Source of the DNA: Eledone cirrhosa
Lineage: Eukaryota
Length of the DNA stretch: 64,000 bases
Assembly (NCBI GenBank): GCA_964016885.1
Contig: OZ024743.1
Span: forward strand, 375,782,001-375,846,000
Reading direction: 5' to 3'
Each line of letters opens with the position of its first letter. The first letter of the stretch is position 1. The translations under genes and the position numbers were made by a program. Positions 39,991 to 55,496 of the stretch are shown in pieces. Below the pieces are notes generated by a model, which searched no databases, was not told the origin of the DNA, and saw only the letters and a list, made by a program, of their open reading frames with translations.

Positions 39991-41675
39991 ATGGATGCAT
40001 GGAAGAGTCATTATGATAGATTACTAAATGAGGAGAATTCATGGGAAGAAGAGACCCTACCCCAAGTAGACCCTATAGAGGGTCCAGCAGTACAAGTCAG
40101 CAGCAACGTAGTAAGTAAGGCAATCAAAGATATGAAGATGGAGAAGGCAGCTGGTCCATCGGGTATAGCTGCCGGGATGCTGAAGGCATCTGGGTCTGTA
40201 GGTCACACTATAACCACACGTATCGTTAACCAGGTAATACTAGAGGGGGCCATACCAAAAGATTGGTGCAGTAGCATCATTGTCAACTGCTACAAAGGTA
40301 AAGGTGATGCACTAGATAGAGGAAACTATAGAGGTATGAAGTTGATGGACCAGGTCATGAAAGTAACAGAAAGAGTTATAGCACAGTTGATTAGGGACCG
40401 GGTGAAACTAGATGAGATGCAATTTGGGTTTGTACCAGGAATAGGCACCACTGATGCCCTCTTCCTTGTGAGGCAGTTACAGGAAAAGTACCTAGCTAAA
40501 GGTAAGCCACTCTACCTGGCATTCATTGATCTCAAGAAAGCCTTTGACAGAGTTCCACGTGCTATAATCTGGTGGGCTCTTAGAAAACTAGGAGTAGATG
40601 AATAGCTTGGGAAAGCTGTACAAGCCATGTATAGGGGAGCAGTCAGCAAAGTTATGATTAGCAATGAGTATAGCAAGGAATTTAGCGTACAGGTTGGGGT
40701 CCACCAGGGCTCTGTTCTTAGTCCCCTCCTGTTCATCATAGTCCTGCAGGCAATAACGGAGGAGTTTAAGACCGAATGCCTATGGGAACTCCTGTATGCT
40801 GATGACCTCGCACATATAGCTGAATCTATGGTAGAACTAGAGAATAAATTCCAAACTTGGAAGCAGGGACTAGAAAGAAAGGGTCTGAAAGTCAACATGA
40901 CAAAGACTAAGGTCCTTGTAAGTAGACGAGAAAACAGAACCCAGATCCCCTCAGGGAAATGGCCTTGCTCAGTATGTAGGAAAGGGGTAGGTAGGAACTC
41001 CATTATCTGCCCCAAATGCAAACAATGGGGACACAAGAGATGTAGCGGGATCTCAGGAAGCTTAATTAAGAATGTAGGCTTCACATGCAGCAGCTGTACT
41101 GGGACAGCAAGCAGCAAACAGCCACAGGAAACAAGTACCACCAATCTCTGGGAGGGCGCTGTAGAAACAGTAGACAGCTTCTGCTACCTAGGTGACCGAA
41201 TTAGCAGCGGAGGTGGGTGTTCAGAAAGTACAATAACTAGGGTAAGAACGGGATGGAAGAAGTTCAGGGAACTACTACCACTGCTAGCTGCAAAAGGCTT
41301 CTCCCTCAAAATGAAAGGCATACTGTATGATGCGTGTATCCGAACAGCAATGTTACATGGTAGTGAGACCTGGGCGCTGAAGGTGGAAGACTTACGTAGA
41401 TTAGAGAGAAACGAAGCCTGAATGCTCCGATGGATGTGTAATAGTAATATACGCGAACGACAAAGCATAAATGAATTGAGAGAGAGACTGAGTATAAGAG
41501 GAATCAAATGCTGTGTGCAGGAGAGGCGGATGCGTTGGTATGGAAATGTGATGCATATGAAGGATGACAGGTGCATAAAAAGGTGCAGAGCACTAGAAGT
41601 CGATGGAAGCCGCGGAGTGGGGAGACCCAAGATGACCTGGTATGAGGTGATAAAAGCCGACCTTACCCATGCTAG
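39991..41675 (+). mobile_element. 5'-truncated RTE LINE, copy 2 (in-frame stops)
   Basis: Same family as copy 1; LLYADDL; 3' end cut by the PLE family 2 pLTR. Confidence 0.9.
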
Positions 41676-43700
41676 CAAATATATATGTTATGTCTTAGTA
41701 CCTTTGTGGTTCTATGCAGGGGGATTCAGAACAATTATATGAAAGACGTAAAATAAAAAAATTTTAAAAATTAAAAATTAACTTACTAAATTTTCACTCC
41801 AACTAATTAGTTTCTGTAAGGGAATAAATATAGTTACGTAATGTAACTATAGAGAAGTCCTTACGTCATCAGGGAGTCTATTCTCAGCTAAGTTCCCAGG
41901 CAATGCGCGGACACTAGGAACCCATATAAAAATAATAATTCAGTTGATGGAATAAAGCTAGCGGGGACTAAATTCCAGGGCACTGAAAAAATTCACTGCC
42001 TACTTGGTCAGTGGCAGATTCTAAAGAATCAATCACGTGACACTGAGGTTAATCAGTGAGGAGTGGGGTGGTATTATGACAAGAGCCTAACTACTACCAT
42101 GCACCATAGCAGTAAATTTTGTTCATACTGCGTGCCCACCGGCGTGTTATGGTTCGGGCAGCGGGACCCCGTTTGTAGTTTTCATATTACAGTCGCCTCC
42201 CAGGCAAAATACGACGCCTGTACCCGCTATTTACAATTAATAACTAATTCTGCTCGGCTGTTTAAGAGCTCCTGTGGCGTTATTATGATGTAGTACAGCT
42301 CCATGAGGCAGAGCTGGCATTTCCCCCTAAAGTTGTAGGGTGCAGCCCTACTGACAATATCCCAGTGTGTGGAGAAGCTTATGTTGGCGTCTTGCAATGT
42401 GGTGACATAGTTGGCAAGCGATGTGGAGCGCCTTAATTTTTTGTTCCTAAAAGAGTGGAGAAGCGTTCTAAATCTCGTTTGAAACTGGCCAGAGGTGGCT
42501 CCTTTATAGTGTTTAACTCCGCTATGGGTAGTTACGGTGCACCTATAAACAACCTTATCAGTCAGGCAGTTTCCTCTAGATTGGGGGTAGTAGCGAAGGA
42601 TATTTTGATATTGTTCCTGTTAAGTATTTTTCTGTATTTATGATTAGGTGGGAAATTCCTCTCCAAGGCTTCGAAGAATATCCTTGGTACGTCGGAGACC
42701 ACACTCCGAGAGTAGGGGGTGTGGAACCATATGATATTACGGTGGCGTTTCCGCTTTACAGTTGGTTTGCTACAGGTTGTGCCTCCTAGTTGACAGTGCT
42801 TACGGGTGTTCCTGTGCTGTAGCCAGTTATTCGTCCCCATTACTTTATGTTCAGGTGGAGGCGCCTTACCTCTGTACTTTCTATGTGTGGCTGGGCGCGG
42901 GTTGGAGGGTGTTGGTAATAGGCCGCCGCAGTTGCTGGTCTTATAGTTAGGGAATGCTTATTTTTTCTCGCCCACTAAATATTGACGACTCTAATATTTA
43001 ACCCTGTAGGCACGAATATTGAGCACACATGCATAAACGAAGCACTCTGCCGCTCATATCGAATTTTGTTTATCGTGTACTCGTGCGCCGATTTTTCGAT
43101 ACTCGATTATTCTACTATATTTAGCTCTAGACTTAGCTATTGACCAGTTAATTTTATTGTTCATTTTTTGTCGATTCTATTAAATGATGAATAGCTCCTG
43201 TTTATTTTAACATGTCTATTGAGCACTCTTATTCGATATGTGTATTTCCACATTTTCCCGAATAGTTTTCGCGGATGTAGAGGTTATCTCCCTTGCCGAA
43301 TTCCATGTGCGTATTTAGCTTGGGTTATGCCATTTCATTCGTTTGGACAAAGCTCGTTGAAGAAGTAAATTTCCTGTCCGCTGATATCTAGAAGTCTTAT
43401 ATATTTTTATGTGAGCTGATAGAGAGCAGTTTAAGGATTTACAGAAACCCAAGAAGCTAGATTTAACATCTTCCTAGCGGGTCCGGGTATGCTTTTTACA
43501 TTCATTTAATTTATTGATTTATTGAGATTTTTTATCTGAGTATCAAATTTTCGATCGTGCGGTTGATTATAGACTTGTTCTGTGTGTGACGGTATTTTAA
43601 CGATAGTTATAGCTCTGATTTATCTAAATTATGGAGCACTCTGCCGCTCATATCGAATTTTGTTTATCGTGAACTCGTGCGCCGATTTTTCGATACTCGA
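41670..43700 (-). mobile_element. Decayed PLE family 2 (RT C-terminus, GIY-YIG, 3' pLTR)
   Basis: Minus strand: RNIIWFHTPYS..FPPNHKYRKILNRNNIKISF (homologous to copy B), then HYKGATSGQFQTRF..GKCQLCLME..LNSRAEL. The upstream boundary (~43700) is uncertain. Confidence 0.72.
41796..41877 (-). ncRNA. Hammerhead ribozyme, family C
   Basis: Reverse-complement copy of 35741-35822 with core intact. Confidence 0.78.
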
Positions 43701-43761
43701 TTATTATTCTACTATATATAAACATATATACATATATATACATATATACACATATACACAC

Positions 43762-43852
<91 letters not shown>

Positions 43853-43894
43853 TACATATATACATATATATACATATATACACATATACACATA

Positions 43895-43978
<84 letters not shown>

Positions 43979-44443
43979 CATATATATATATACACATATA
44001 TATATATATACACATATATATATATACACATATATATACACATATATGTATATATATATATGTATATATATGTATATATATGTATATATATATATATGTA
44101 TATATATGTATATATATATGTGTATATATATTTATATATATATATATGTATATATATGTGTATATATGTGTATATATATATGTATATATATGTGTATATA
44201 TGTGTATATATGTGTATATATACGTGTATATATATGTGTATATATATGTGTGTATATATATATATGTGTATATATATACACATATATATATACACATATA
44301 TACACATATATATATACACACATATATATACACATATATATATATACACTTATATATATACACATATATACACATATATATACATATATATATACACATA
44401 TATACACATATATATACATATATATATATAAATATATATACAC

Positions 44444-44480
<37 letters not shown>

Positions 44481-44612
44481 CATATATATATACATATATA
44501 TATATACATATATATATATACATATATATATACATATATATATATACATATATATACATATATATATACATACATATATATATACATATATATATATACA
44601 TATATATATACT

Positions 44613-44644
<32 letters not shown>

Positions 44645-44646
<2 letters not shown>

Positions 44647-46125
44647 ACTTTGAAATGAATAACTTTGAAATGTTTTGGCCAGTATTGGCCCAGGCCATGT
44701 CTAACTTAATAGCACCACCTGGCGAAGTCTTTCAATTCAGGATTTGGGCACCATGGCCCATTCGAGAAGAGAATTACTGTTTGCGGAGACATATCCGGGT
44801 GTGGGTGGTTTGTCCGGGATTACTTGGAGGAATTTGTCCAAAGACTTCTTGAATTTTGTGTGGTCAGTTTCTGTTTTGACGTGTCCTGGTGTGATGTTGA
44901 AGAGAGCAGGGCCGATTGAGGTGAAATAATTGTGCCGTATTGTTGTTATGAGTTGCGATTTAGATTTTTGAATGGGACGGATAGCACGGGGCCCAAGCCT
45001 TGGGTGTATCTTGAAGGCGATGCCAACATCATTTGGTCAGTGATGATGGAACATTTTCCACATCATGCAGATAATATAACGCTCACGGCGACGTTGGAGT
45101 GAGTAAAGTTTCAGGTTTTCCAATCGACCCCAGTAGTCAAGGTCTGACATGCCATCTATCTTTTTCGTGATTGCCCTTTGAGGAGCTTCAAGTTTCATGT
45201 TACTTTGTTTCGTGTGGGGAGACCACAGTGGACAACAGTATTCAAGGTGTGGTCGGGCGAAAGTAGAGAAGAGAAGGATAATGGTGCGGGAATCTCTCGA
45301 CTGGAAGGTTCTGAGGATCCAGGAACACATTCTGCGGGCCATGTCAACTTTGCTGCTTATATGCGTGGTCCAGCTTATGTTGCTGTCCACGGTTACTCCC
45401 AAGTCTCTGATGTTGTTAGATGCCACGAGAGTTTCCCCGGAGGGAAGGGAGTACAGGAGTTTCAGAGCATCCTCTTTTCCAAAGTGGATCAGTTCGAATT
45501 TGTCTTCGTTCAGTAACATGTTGTTCTTTTCTGCCCATTGGGTAACAGCCAGTAGGTCTGACTGAAGGCTTATCCGGTCATCCACGCCATTGATGACCTT
45601 TTGGAGCTTGGAATCATCAGCGAAAATTTTAATGTTGCTGTGTTTGATGATGTCAGTGATGTCATTAATATAGATGATGAAGAGAAGTGGGCCCAACACA
45701 GTGCCTTGTGGGACTCCACTACTGACTTTGGCTGGGCTTGATTTGACTCCCTCAACTACAACATGTTGGGTTCTGTTTGACAGGAAGCTCTTGATCCACT
45801 GCCGCAGCTTTCCAGTAACACCAATATTGGACAGCTTTCTCAGTAGAATGTTATGATCAACCCTGTCAAAGGCCTTGCTGAAATCAAGGTAGATAACATC
45901 AGTGTTGGAACCCTCTCCCAAGGCTCTCAAAATGTCATCAAAGTGATGCAGTAGTTGCGTCAGGCAATCCCTTCCATTACGGAATCCATGCTGGTTGGAG
46001 TTCAGCATATTGTTACTCTCAAGGAAGTGGGTCATTCGCGATCTCACCACTCGCTCAAATACCTTAATGATATGAGAGGTGAGTGAGATTGGACGGTAAT
46101 TCACGGCAAGGGATTTGTTTCCCTT
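44645..46125 (-). mobile_element. 5'-truncated CR1/L2-group LINE, RT domain
   Basis: [64 protein letters not shown]; short tandem tail (TTTCAAAGTTAT)x2. Confidence 0.88.
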
Positions 46126-46829
46126 ATATACATATACATACATATACATATACATACATATACATACATATACATATACATACATATACATATACATATA
46201 CATACATATATATACATATATATATATACATACACATATATATATAAACATACATATATATATATATACATATATATATATACATATACATATATATATA
46301 CATATATATATATATATACATATATAGATATATATATACATATATAGATATATATATACATATATATACATACATATGGTGGCTGCCAACTCGTTTTCGA
46401 GTACGGCCACTACTTTATATCCATGTAGGAGAACCCCTACCGATGCGCTGAACGAGTGTGGCTTTTTAGTCCAGCCAGTGACTTGAAAACTCTGGCACAA
46501 ACACTACACTTGTGACAATTATTGACACATAGTGCTGGGCCCATGGTACCATGTGACGACAAGTGCAGAGAGATCTCCAGATATAAAGCAATGCCTGTGC
46601 TGCGAAGCTTTTATAGTGAGCAAAGGCACTGCACAAAGCCAGTCCCACACTCTTAACCAAGATGATATTTACCAAAAAGAAGAACAAGTCAACATCATTG
46701 GATACCATCAGGGTTGCAGGTGTTATATCAGAGTTTTCCTTCTCCTAGAATTCTGCCTTGACAAAGGCTCAGGGGTCATCTCTCCCAGTGATTTTGGATG
46801 GCCATTGACTCTTAAGAGCTCCTTTGCCA

Positions 46830-47093
46830 TGTAGTGGCTGAGATGGTCGCTTGGTAGCTAGCAGTTGCCTCCCCTTAACAACCCTTCAGGGAAGGGAGGC
46901 AAAAATACACCCGGACACAGCCACAGGTTCACACACTCTTTTTGGACCACGGACATGAACAGACGTGGAAAGACCCGCTCCTCAAAATATTGACGTTGTA
47001 GGAAATTTACTAAATTATTGCATTAAATAAAATGATTGTTAGACTTGATTGTGCATTTATTTATTCGACAAAGAGAAACATCCCTTTTCTTTA
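46830..47093 (+). repeat. 5' LTR
   Basis: TGTAGTGG..CTTTA; about three mismatches to the 3' LTR seen by eye. Confidence 0.92.
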
Positions 47094-47094
47094 T

Positions 47095-47105
47095 TGGCGA
47101 CCCTG
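47095..47105 (+). promoter_or_regulatory. Primer binding site (TGGCGACC..)
   Basis: TGG-initiated, 1 nt after the 5' LTR; cognate tRNA not determined. Confidence 0.7.
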
Positions 47106-47624
47106 ACGATAAAGAATGAAAACGCAGCCTATTGGAGTCCGAAATTCTTTTTAACGGCAATGTGGAATGGCTTAACATTTGGAATGTCCGAATCACTTAG
47201 CGTAAGTCCATAAAATTCATTATATTCCATTTGTTATAGCACGCATACAGACAAACACAAAAATACAACACACAACAAAAAAAAAAAAAAAAAAAAAAGG
47301 ATTTCTCTGGAAATAGATTTTTGCTTCCAACATTCTGTGGAAATTACAAATGGAGATATTTCGTTTTCCCGCGTTCAGCCTGTCTTCTCCAATCCCAGCC
47401 ATCTGATTGGCTGCATCGTGCCTCATGACGGCTTCATCACGGACACATTTTTAAATCAGCCATCTTGGATTATCTTACCATCAATTTTCATGGAAAATGA
47501 TTTTTTTTTATTATTAAAATTTTCTTTGGAATATTTTTTTTTAAAGAAAAAAATTACCAGCAATCAGCAGCAACACCTGGCTAACTATTGACCAACACCA
47601 AAAAGTCATCAAATACGTGGCACC

Positions 47625-48410
47625 ATGAGTCAACATCATTTGCCGTCCTTCGCAGGCGACATCAAGTTGTGGTTTGCGCAGCTGGAATGTTTCTTCGAAT
47701 TGACGAGGACAAAGGAACAGCATAAGCTGAAGGTCCTGATCAATGGCCTACCTGTTTCCTTGGCATTCTCGGTGAGGGACGTTGTGACGGATTTAGACGC
47801 CGACGTTACCTACGGCTCATTAAAAAAAGAAATCCTTCGCCGAAATACCAAGTCGGTAGAGAGCCGTTTTCGGGAGTTGTTGGACGATGCTCAAATGGGT
47901 GACAGGAAGCCGAGCTCCTATTTGCGACATTTGCGGGAGTTGAGCGACTCTCAGGGGATTGACACCCCCTTCATAAAGCAACTTTTTTTTTCACGCCTAC
48001 CACCAAGTGCGCAAAGAATATTGGTCAATAGTTTAGAGAAGGATTCATTAGAGCAACTTGCCGCGTCCGCGGATAGGATACTTGAGGTGGACTCGAACAG
48101 CAATCAGCATAATGCTTATGTGGCTTCAGCTTGCGTCCCTCCACGCAGTTCTTCTGTGGCCGACGGCAAACTGTTGGAGTTGATTGAAACTCTCACCAAA
48201 AAGGTAGAGGATTTGACGGTACATCAGAGAGAGCCTTCTCAACGTTTGAGGTATCGTTCGCCGCCGTCCTCTATTCATCGCCAGCACTACAACGCAGGCA
48301 ACAATAATTCTTCGTTGTGTTGGTACCATGCTAACTTCGGCAGTAGGGCGCAACGTTGTCGCACGCCCTGTGATTATAAGAGATCGGGAAACGCAAAGCA
48401 GAGCCACTAG
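47625..48410 (+). CDS. gag: Gypsy Gag
   Basis: LPSF..LWFAQLE, GDRKPS..LR, LF..RLP, C-terminal CWYH..FG..A..C..PC knuckle. Confidence 0.9.
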   Translation: MSQHHLPSFAGDIKLWFAQLECFFELTRTKEQHKLKVLINGLPVSLAFSVRDVVTDLDADVTYGSLKKEILRRNTKSVESRFRELLDDAQMGDRKPSSYLRHLRELSDSQGIDTPFIKQLFFSRLPPSAQRILVNSLEKDSLEQLAASADRILEVDSNSNQHNAYVASACVPPRSSSVADGKLLELIETLTKKVEDLTVHQREPSQRLRYRSPPSSIHRQHYNAGNNNSSLCWYHANFGSRAQRCRTPCDYKRSGNAKQSH

Positions 48411-48429
48411 GAGCGGCTAGTGAACTCTG
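48386..48429 (+). promoter_or_regulatory. -1 programmed ribosomal frameshift signal
   Basis: G GGA AAC in the gag frame, 6-nt spacer, stem-loop CAGAG/CTCTG plus CACTAG/CTAGTG containing the gag stop. Confidence 0.85.
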
Positions 48430-51400
48430 GGAAAACCGACCGAACCGCCATCTTTTCGTATACGACCTGCGGTCAAAAAAATTTTTCCTTGTCGATACTG
48501 GCGCGTCGCTGAGTATTTGGCCTGTCAGTTATCTCAAAAAAATCCCAGCCGAAGCAGATATAAATCTACGAGCAGTCAACCACACGGCCATTCGAACGTA
48601 TGGGCAAATTTCGCTTCCGCTTCGGTTAAAAAATTTGCGGCGTGATTTGAGGTGGAAGTTTACTGTCGCCGACTTGCCATACGCCATTTTGGGAGCAGAT
48701 TTTCTCCACCATTTTTCCTTGTTGGTGGACATTCGCAGACAACGCCTTGTTGATGCTGAAACAGGCCTTTCTTTCGAGGGTTCAGAGCCGGACGTCGCCA
48801 CCGTCAGCCCTTCCTTTTTCTTGGCTGAAGTGGGCAACCAGTATCAAAGCCTGCTACATTCATTCCCTCAGTTGACGCAGGGAAAGTTAAGAATAACTAG
48901 CCCGGATCATGCGATTGAACACTTCATATCCACTACAGGTCCACCTGTTTTCTCACGTCCTCGAAGATTGTCTACAGAGAAGTTGAAAGCTGCACGTCTT
49001 GAATTCGACCACATGCTGGAATTGGGAATAATTCGGCGCTCCACAAGTCCTTGGGCATCGCCTCTGCATATGGTACCTAGATCTTCTGGGAATTGGAGAC
49101 CGACGGGTGACTACCGACGCTTAAACGCGATTACTGTGCCTGACCGTTATCCAATCCCGCATTTGCAGGATTTTGCGTCGTCATTGCAGGGTTGCAGAAT
49201 CTTTTCTAAGCTTGATTTGATCCGCGCTTATAACCAAATTCCGGTTAACGAGGAGGATATCCCAAAGACTGCTATTGCCACTCCTTTCGGATCGTTCGAG
49301 TTCCTCACTATGCCTTTCGGCCTTAGAAACGCTGCAAGTACCTTCCAACGATTTATGGATGATATTACTCGGGGCCTGGATTTTGTGTACACGTATATCG
49401 ACGACGTGTTGATTGCTAGTTCTTCCCCTCAGCAGCATTCAAAGCATCTGGATCTCGTATTTCGTCGTTTACAGAGATATAATGTTCGAATTAATGCTTC
49501 CAAGTGTGTTTTCGGCTCGACTTCACTAACATTTTTAGGCCATCTGATTGACGCCGATGGTATTCGACCTCTTCCTGAGAAGGTTAAGGCAGTATCGGAT
49601 TTGCCTCCGCCAAGTTCACTGCGTCAATTGCGTCAATTCCTGGGCCTTGTAAATTTTTATAGGCGATTCGTACCTGGTTGTTCCAAATTGCTGTTCTCGT
49701 TGACAGAGATTTTTAAGGGTTGCCCGCGTAAGAATATGGACATTTCCTTAAATGAAACGCAGCTTGATGATTTTAAAAAAGTGAAAAAGGCGTTAGCGAA
49801 CGCGTCTTTGCTCGCCCACCCAGTACCCAAAGCCGAGCTATCGCTCTGTGTTGATGCTTCGGACAGCGCCGTGGGCGCAGTCTTACAGCAGAAGGGTGAT
49901 GGGGTACAGCAACCACTCGAGTTCTTTTCGAGGAAGTTAAAGCCTGCAGAAACTCGCTATAGCACCTTTGGAAGGGAGCTATTAGCAATTTATTTATCAG
50001 TGAAACATTTTGCTCATGTACTTGAAGGTAGAACATTCACCATTTTCACTGATCATAAACCCTTGACGTTTGCTCTTCGAACTAAGGCAGACAAATACTC
50101 GCCCAGAGAAACGAGACATCTGGACTTCATCTCACAGTTCAGGAACGACATTCAACATATTCCGGGTTCTTTGAATACAGCGGCCGATGCGCTGTCTCGC
50201 CTGCCGATCGCATCGATTTCGTCTTCCGAGGAGATAGATTTACATCGAATGGCAGCTGCCCAACCCACTCTCGAATCGTTGGATGTTACATCGCCAGAGT
50301 TTGTACATTGCAAACTGAAATACATTCCGATCTCAACTGCTGACGGACAGATACTGTGTGATGTTTCGTTGGACTCACCACGACCTCTAGTCCCAGTGGA
50401 ACATCGACGAACTGCGTTTCTCGCTTTACATGGCATTTCTCACCCAGGAGTATCAGCCTCAGTAAAACTCATAACAGCCAGATTTTTCTGGCCTGGTATG
50501 AGACGTGACATTGCTGCTTGGTGTCGTTCCTGTGTCGCTTGCCAACAAGCGAAAGTTCATAGACATGTTAAGGCTCCTCTCGGAACCTTCACCTGCCCCG
50601 ATGCAAGATTTCGTCACATTCATGTGGACATCGTCGGCCCGTGGCCGGTTAGTCGTGGTTTTTCGTATCTTTTGACGATTGTTGACCGTTTTTCGCGTTG
50701 GCCTGAAGCCGTCCCTATAACAGATATCACCGCCGAAACCACAGCCCGTACCCTCGTATCTTCGTGGATCGCTCGTTTCGGTGTACCAACCACCATAACA
50801 ACAGATCGTGGTCGTCAATTCGAGTCTAACCTCTTCCGAGAGCTAACCCAAATCCTGGGGGCTACTCGAATAAGAACCACGGCTTACCACCCAGCCTCAA
50901 ACGGAATGGTGGAAAGATTCCACAGGCAGCTCAAAGCCTCCTTAAGGGCTTCCATGGACTCTTCACGTTGGAGCGAGTACCTACCCATTGTATTGTTGGG
51001 TATTCGGTCGACGGTAAAGGTGGACCTTGGGTTCTCCTCTGCCGAATTAGTTTATGGTACGCCTCTGGCGTTACCGGGGCAAATGCTGGCCCCTTTTGAC
51101 CTGACTTCGCAGGACCCCGCTTCCTACGTGTCCCGGCTTCACTCTTATTTCAAGGATCTACCACCGATGGGCACTAGGAAGCAGACTGTAAAAACTGCCG
51201 TCCCAAGGGATATTGCCTTGTGGACCCATGTGTTCGTTAGAGACGACGCCGTGAGACCCCCTCTTCAACGGCCGTACTCTGGACCCTATCGTGTGCTTGC
51301 TCGCACAGACAAACATTTCACACTGGACATTCGGGGTTCCAGGGAAACGGTTTCCGTTGATCGTCTCAAACGAGCAAACCTGGACAATGACACAATGACA

Positions 51401-51541
51401 CTTGAAACTCAAATTCCCCCCTCTTTTTCTTTGCCACACAGGCCTATTTCTTCCCCTCCCCGACCATCAACACACAGAACTACGACCCGTTCTGGGCGAA
51501 GGGTGCATTGGCCCCGTAAGCTATGCAGTAATATAAACTGA
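48386..51541 (+). CDS. pol: Gypsy Pol (protease-RT-RNase H-integrase), reached by -1 frameshift
   Basis: The -1 frame is open from 48386: LVDTGAS protease, YIDDVL, DAS..GAVL, FTDHKPL, H-H-C-C, HVDIVG/TDRG/VERF integrase. No stops. Confidence 0.93.
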   Translation, partial: GKRKAEPLGAASELWENRPNRHLFVYDLRSKKFFLVDTGASLSIWPVSYLKKIPAEADINLRAVNHTAIRTYGQISLPLRLKNLRRDLRWKFTVADLPYAILGADFLHHFSLLVDIRRQRLVDAETGLSFEGSEPDVATVSPSFFLAEVGNQYQSLLHSFPQLTQGKLRITSPDHAIEHFISTTGPPVFSRPRRLSTEKLKAARLEFDHMLELGIIRRSTSPWASPLHMVPRSSGNWRPTGDYRRLNAITVPDRYPIPHLQDFASSLQGCRIFSKLDLIRAYNQIPVNEEDIPKTAIATPFGSFEFLTMPFGLRNAASTFQRFMDDITRGLDFVYTYIDDVLIASSSPQQHSKHLDLVFRRLQRYNVRINASKCVFGSTSLTFLGHLIDADGIRPLPEKVKAVSDLPPPSSLRQLRQFLGLVNFYRRFVPGCSKLLFSLTEIFKGCPRKNMDISLNETQLDDFKKVKKALANASLLAHPVPKAELSLCVDASDSAVGAVLQQKGDGVQQPLEFFSRKLKPAETRYSTFGRELLAIYLSVKHFAHVLEGRTFTIFTDHKPLTFALRTKADKYSPRETRHLDFISQFRNDIQHIPGSLNTAADALSRLPIASISSSEEIDLHRMAAAQPTLESLDVTSPEFVHCKLKYIPISTADGQILCDVSLDSPRPLVPVEHRRTAFLALHGISHPGVSASVKLITARFFWPGMRRDIAAWCRSCVACQQAKVHRHVKAPLGTFTCPDARFRHIHVDIVGPWPVSRGFSYLLTIVDRFSRWPEAVPITDITAETTARTLVSSWIARFGVPTTITTDRGRQFESNLFRELTQILGATRIRTTAYHPASNGMVERFHRQLKASLRASMDSSRWSEYLPIVLLGIRSTVKVDLGFSSAELVYGTPLALPGQMLAPFDLTSQDPASYVSRLHSYFKDLPPMGTRKQTVKTAVPRDIALWTHVFVRDDAVRPPLQRPYSGPYRVLARTDKHFTLDIRGSRETVSVDRLKRANLDNDTMTLETQIPPSFSLPHRPISSPPRPSTHRTTTRSGRRVHWPRKLCSNIN

Positions 51542-51547
51542 ATTGTA

Positions 51548-51580
<33 letters not shown>

Positions 51581-52020
51581 ATTTTTTTCCTTCCAATTGT
51601 TTTTGTTGTACATTGCATTTTGTTACCTTTGGATTCTTGACTGCCTACGGCAGTGTCAATATATTATATTTTGCGTAACATTACGACTGTTGTCAATTCT
51701 GACACAGTCCCTTTTTTTTTTTAGTGCATTTTTATAACTATGCTACATATGGCATTTTCATTGCCTAGCAAAACATTTTTTTTCTTGTTTATCGCATCCG
51801 GGGCCCCTTTATTGCGAAGAGTGTTATCTTTTCATGCATTTTGCATCTTTTACTGTACGTTTTTTTTTTTTGTTTTGTCTGCGTTAATGCTTGCAGACAT
51901 GAACCTATTTATTATTTTTTTTTTTAATTTTGAATTTGTTGATACATCCTTCTACATTTTGTAAACTACCTTCGCTTCATTGTTAACGATTTTGCGACAA
52001 AAAATCTGCTCCGAGGTGAA

Positions 52021-52284
52021 TGTAGTGGCTGAGATGGTCGCTTGGTAGCTAGCAGTTGCCTCCCCTTAACAACCCTTCAGGGAAGGGAGGCAAAAATACG
52101 CCCGGACACAGCCACAGGTTCACACACTCTTTTTGGACCACGGACATGAACAGACGTGGAAAGATCCGCTCCTCAAAATATTGACGTTGTAGGAAATTTA
52201 CTAAATTATTGCATTAAATAAAATGATTGTTAGACTTGATTGTGCATTTATTTATTCGACAAAGAGAAACATCACTTTTCTTTA
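52021..52284 (+). repeat. 3' LTR
   Basis: Direct repeat of 46830-47093. Confidence 0.92.
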
Positions 52285-52540
52285 GCCCTTTGACAGGTTT
52301 TGTTTTTAGTCCTGCAGGATGTCCAAAGTCACCCTCCTCACCATATATATACATACATACATACATATATATACATATATATACATACATATACATACAT
52401 GGTGGCTGCCAACTCGTTTTCGAGTACGGCCACTACTTTATATCCATGTAGGAGAACCCCTACCGATGCGCTGAACGAGTGTGACTTTTTAGTCCAGCCA
52501 GCGACTTGAAAACTCTGGTACAAACTCTACACTTGTGACA

Positions 52541-53384
<844 letters not shown>

Positions 53385-53565
53385 TATACATATATATATA
53401 CATACATATTATGGAATACTGTTGGTTTTTTGCTACAAAATTTTCTATACCTTTCATTTATATATACATACATATATATATACATATTTATATACATATA
53501 TATATATATACATATATATACATATATATATATATATACATATATATTTATATACATATATATAT

Positions 53566-53624
<59 letters not shown>

Positions 53625-53755
53625 CATATATATATATACATATATATATAGATATATATACATATATATATATATACATATATACATATATATATATACA
53701 TATATACATATATATATACATACACATATATACATACATATATATACATACATCC

Positions 53756-53795
<40 letters not shown>

Positions 53796-53837
53796 ACATA
53801 TATATATATACATATATATATATATACATATATATAC

Positions 53838-53870
<33 letters not shown>

Positions 53871-53901
53871 CATATATATATACATATATATACATACATC
53901 C

Positions 53902-53941
<40 letters not shown>

Positions 53942-53979
53942 ACATATATATACATATATATATATATACATATATATAC

Positions 53980-54024
<45 letters not shown>

Positions 54025-54065
54025 CATATATATACATATATATATAAATATATACATATATATAC

Positions 54066-54097
<32 letters not shown>

Positions 54098-54109
54098 TTA
54101 AATATATAC

Positions 54110-54174
<65 letters not shown>

Positions 54175-54266
54175 AATATTATATATAAATATATACATAT
54201 ATATAAATATATACATATATATATATACATATCTATATATATATACATATATATATAAATATATAC

Positions 54267-54297
<31 letters not shown>

Positions 54298-54366
54298 CAT
54301 ATATATATACATATATACATATATATATACATAAATATATATATATACATATATATATAAATATAC

Positions 54367-54555
<189 letters not shown>

Positions 54556-54694
54556 AATAAACACAGTAAACCGTGTGTCTAATATTACGAGGGTTGAAAG
54601 ACCACATTTGTTTGAAATATTTAACCATGAAGCAGACAGAATGATAAAATAAAATAAAATTATATTATACAAACCGCCTCAATAACAATTATAT

Positions 54695-54772
54695 CTCTCG
54701 GACAGATTAGGGATAATCTGTTTCGCCCAGAGTGTGTTTGTAACAGATAATCCAGGGCATCATCAGCGAGAG
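54695..54772 (-). ncRNA. Type I hammerhead ribozyme, family D (full stem III)
   Basis: Minus strand: CTCTCG-CTGATGA-TGCCC..GGGC-GAAA-CAGATTA TCCC TAATCTG-TC-CGAGAG; GUC triplet. Confidence 0.85.
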
Positions 54773-55328
54773 AATCTGATTAATTATCATTCTGTCTGCT
54801 TCATGGTTAAATATTTCAAACAAATGTAGTCTTTCAACCCTCGTAATATTAGACACACGGTTTACTGTGTTTCTTACTACATATATATATTATTATTATA
54901 CGGCTCAGTATTTATGCTTCGAGCTTATTCATTACAGGGTCTCATTAAGAGTTATTAACTCTAACTTTCATTTATATTTCGGCTCCCTCATGAGGTCAGC
55001 TTATTAAGTTGCGTGTGTTGGACTGTTATTTCTAACCAATACATGCATACCACTTTTGACTTGCGGCGCACGAGGTGATAAATTCATCATATATATATTA
55101 TTATTATACGGCTCAGTATTTATGCTTCGAGCTTATTCATTACAGGGTCTCAGTAAGAGTTATTAACTCTAACTTTCATATATATATATACATATATATA
55201 TATATATGTATGTATGTATTGGTATGTATTGGTGGGGTTGCCAGTTTAGTCGCCAATGGCCCGACCATGAGGCAGGTTGTACATACATACATATATACAT
55301 ACATACATATACATACATATATATATAC

Positions 55329-55359
<31 letters not shown>

Positions 55360-55496
55360 CATATATATATATATACATACATACATACATACATATATAT
55401 ATATATACATATATACATACATACATACATACATACATGCATACATACATATATATAAATACATATATATATATATATGCCTACATATATATATAT

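Larger units (their letters stand above)
46830..52284 (+). mobile_element. Full-length Ty3/Gypsy LTR retrotransposon
   Basis: Two 264-bp LTRs, PBS, gag and pol. Flanks GCCA/GCCC (4-bp TSD, one mismatch). It splits a copy of the non-autonomous element. Confidence 0.95.

Noticed and set aside
45037-46500. 487-aa ORF as one gene
   Set aside because: Chance read-through of a non-autonomous element tail, a microsatellite and a truncated LINE RT.
47103-47125. CTGACGA..GAAA next to the Gypsy PBS as a hammerhead
   Set aside because: No stems I-III can be formed.
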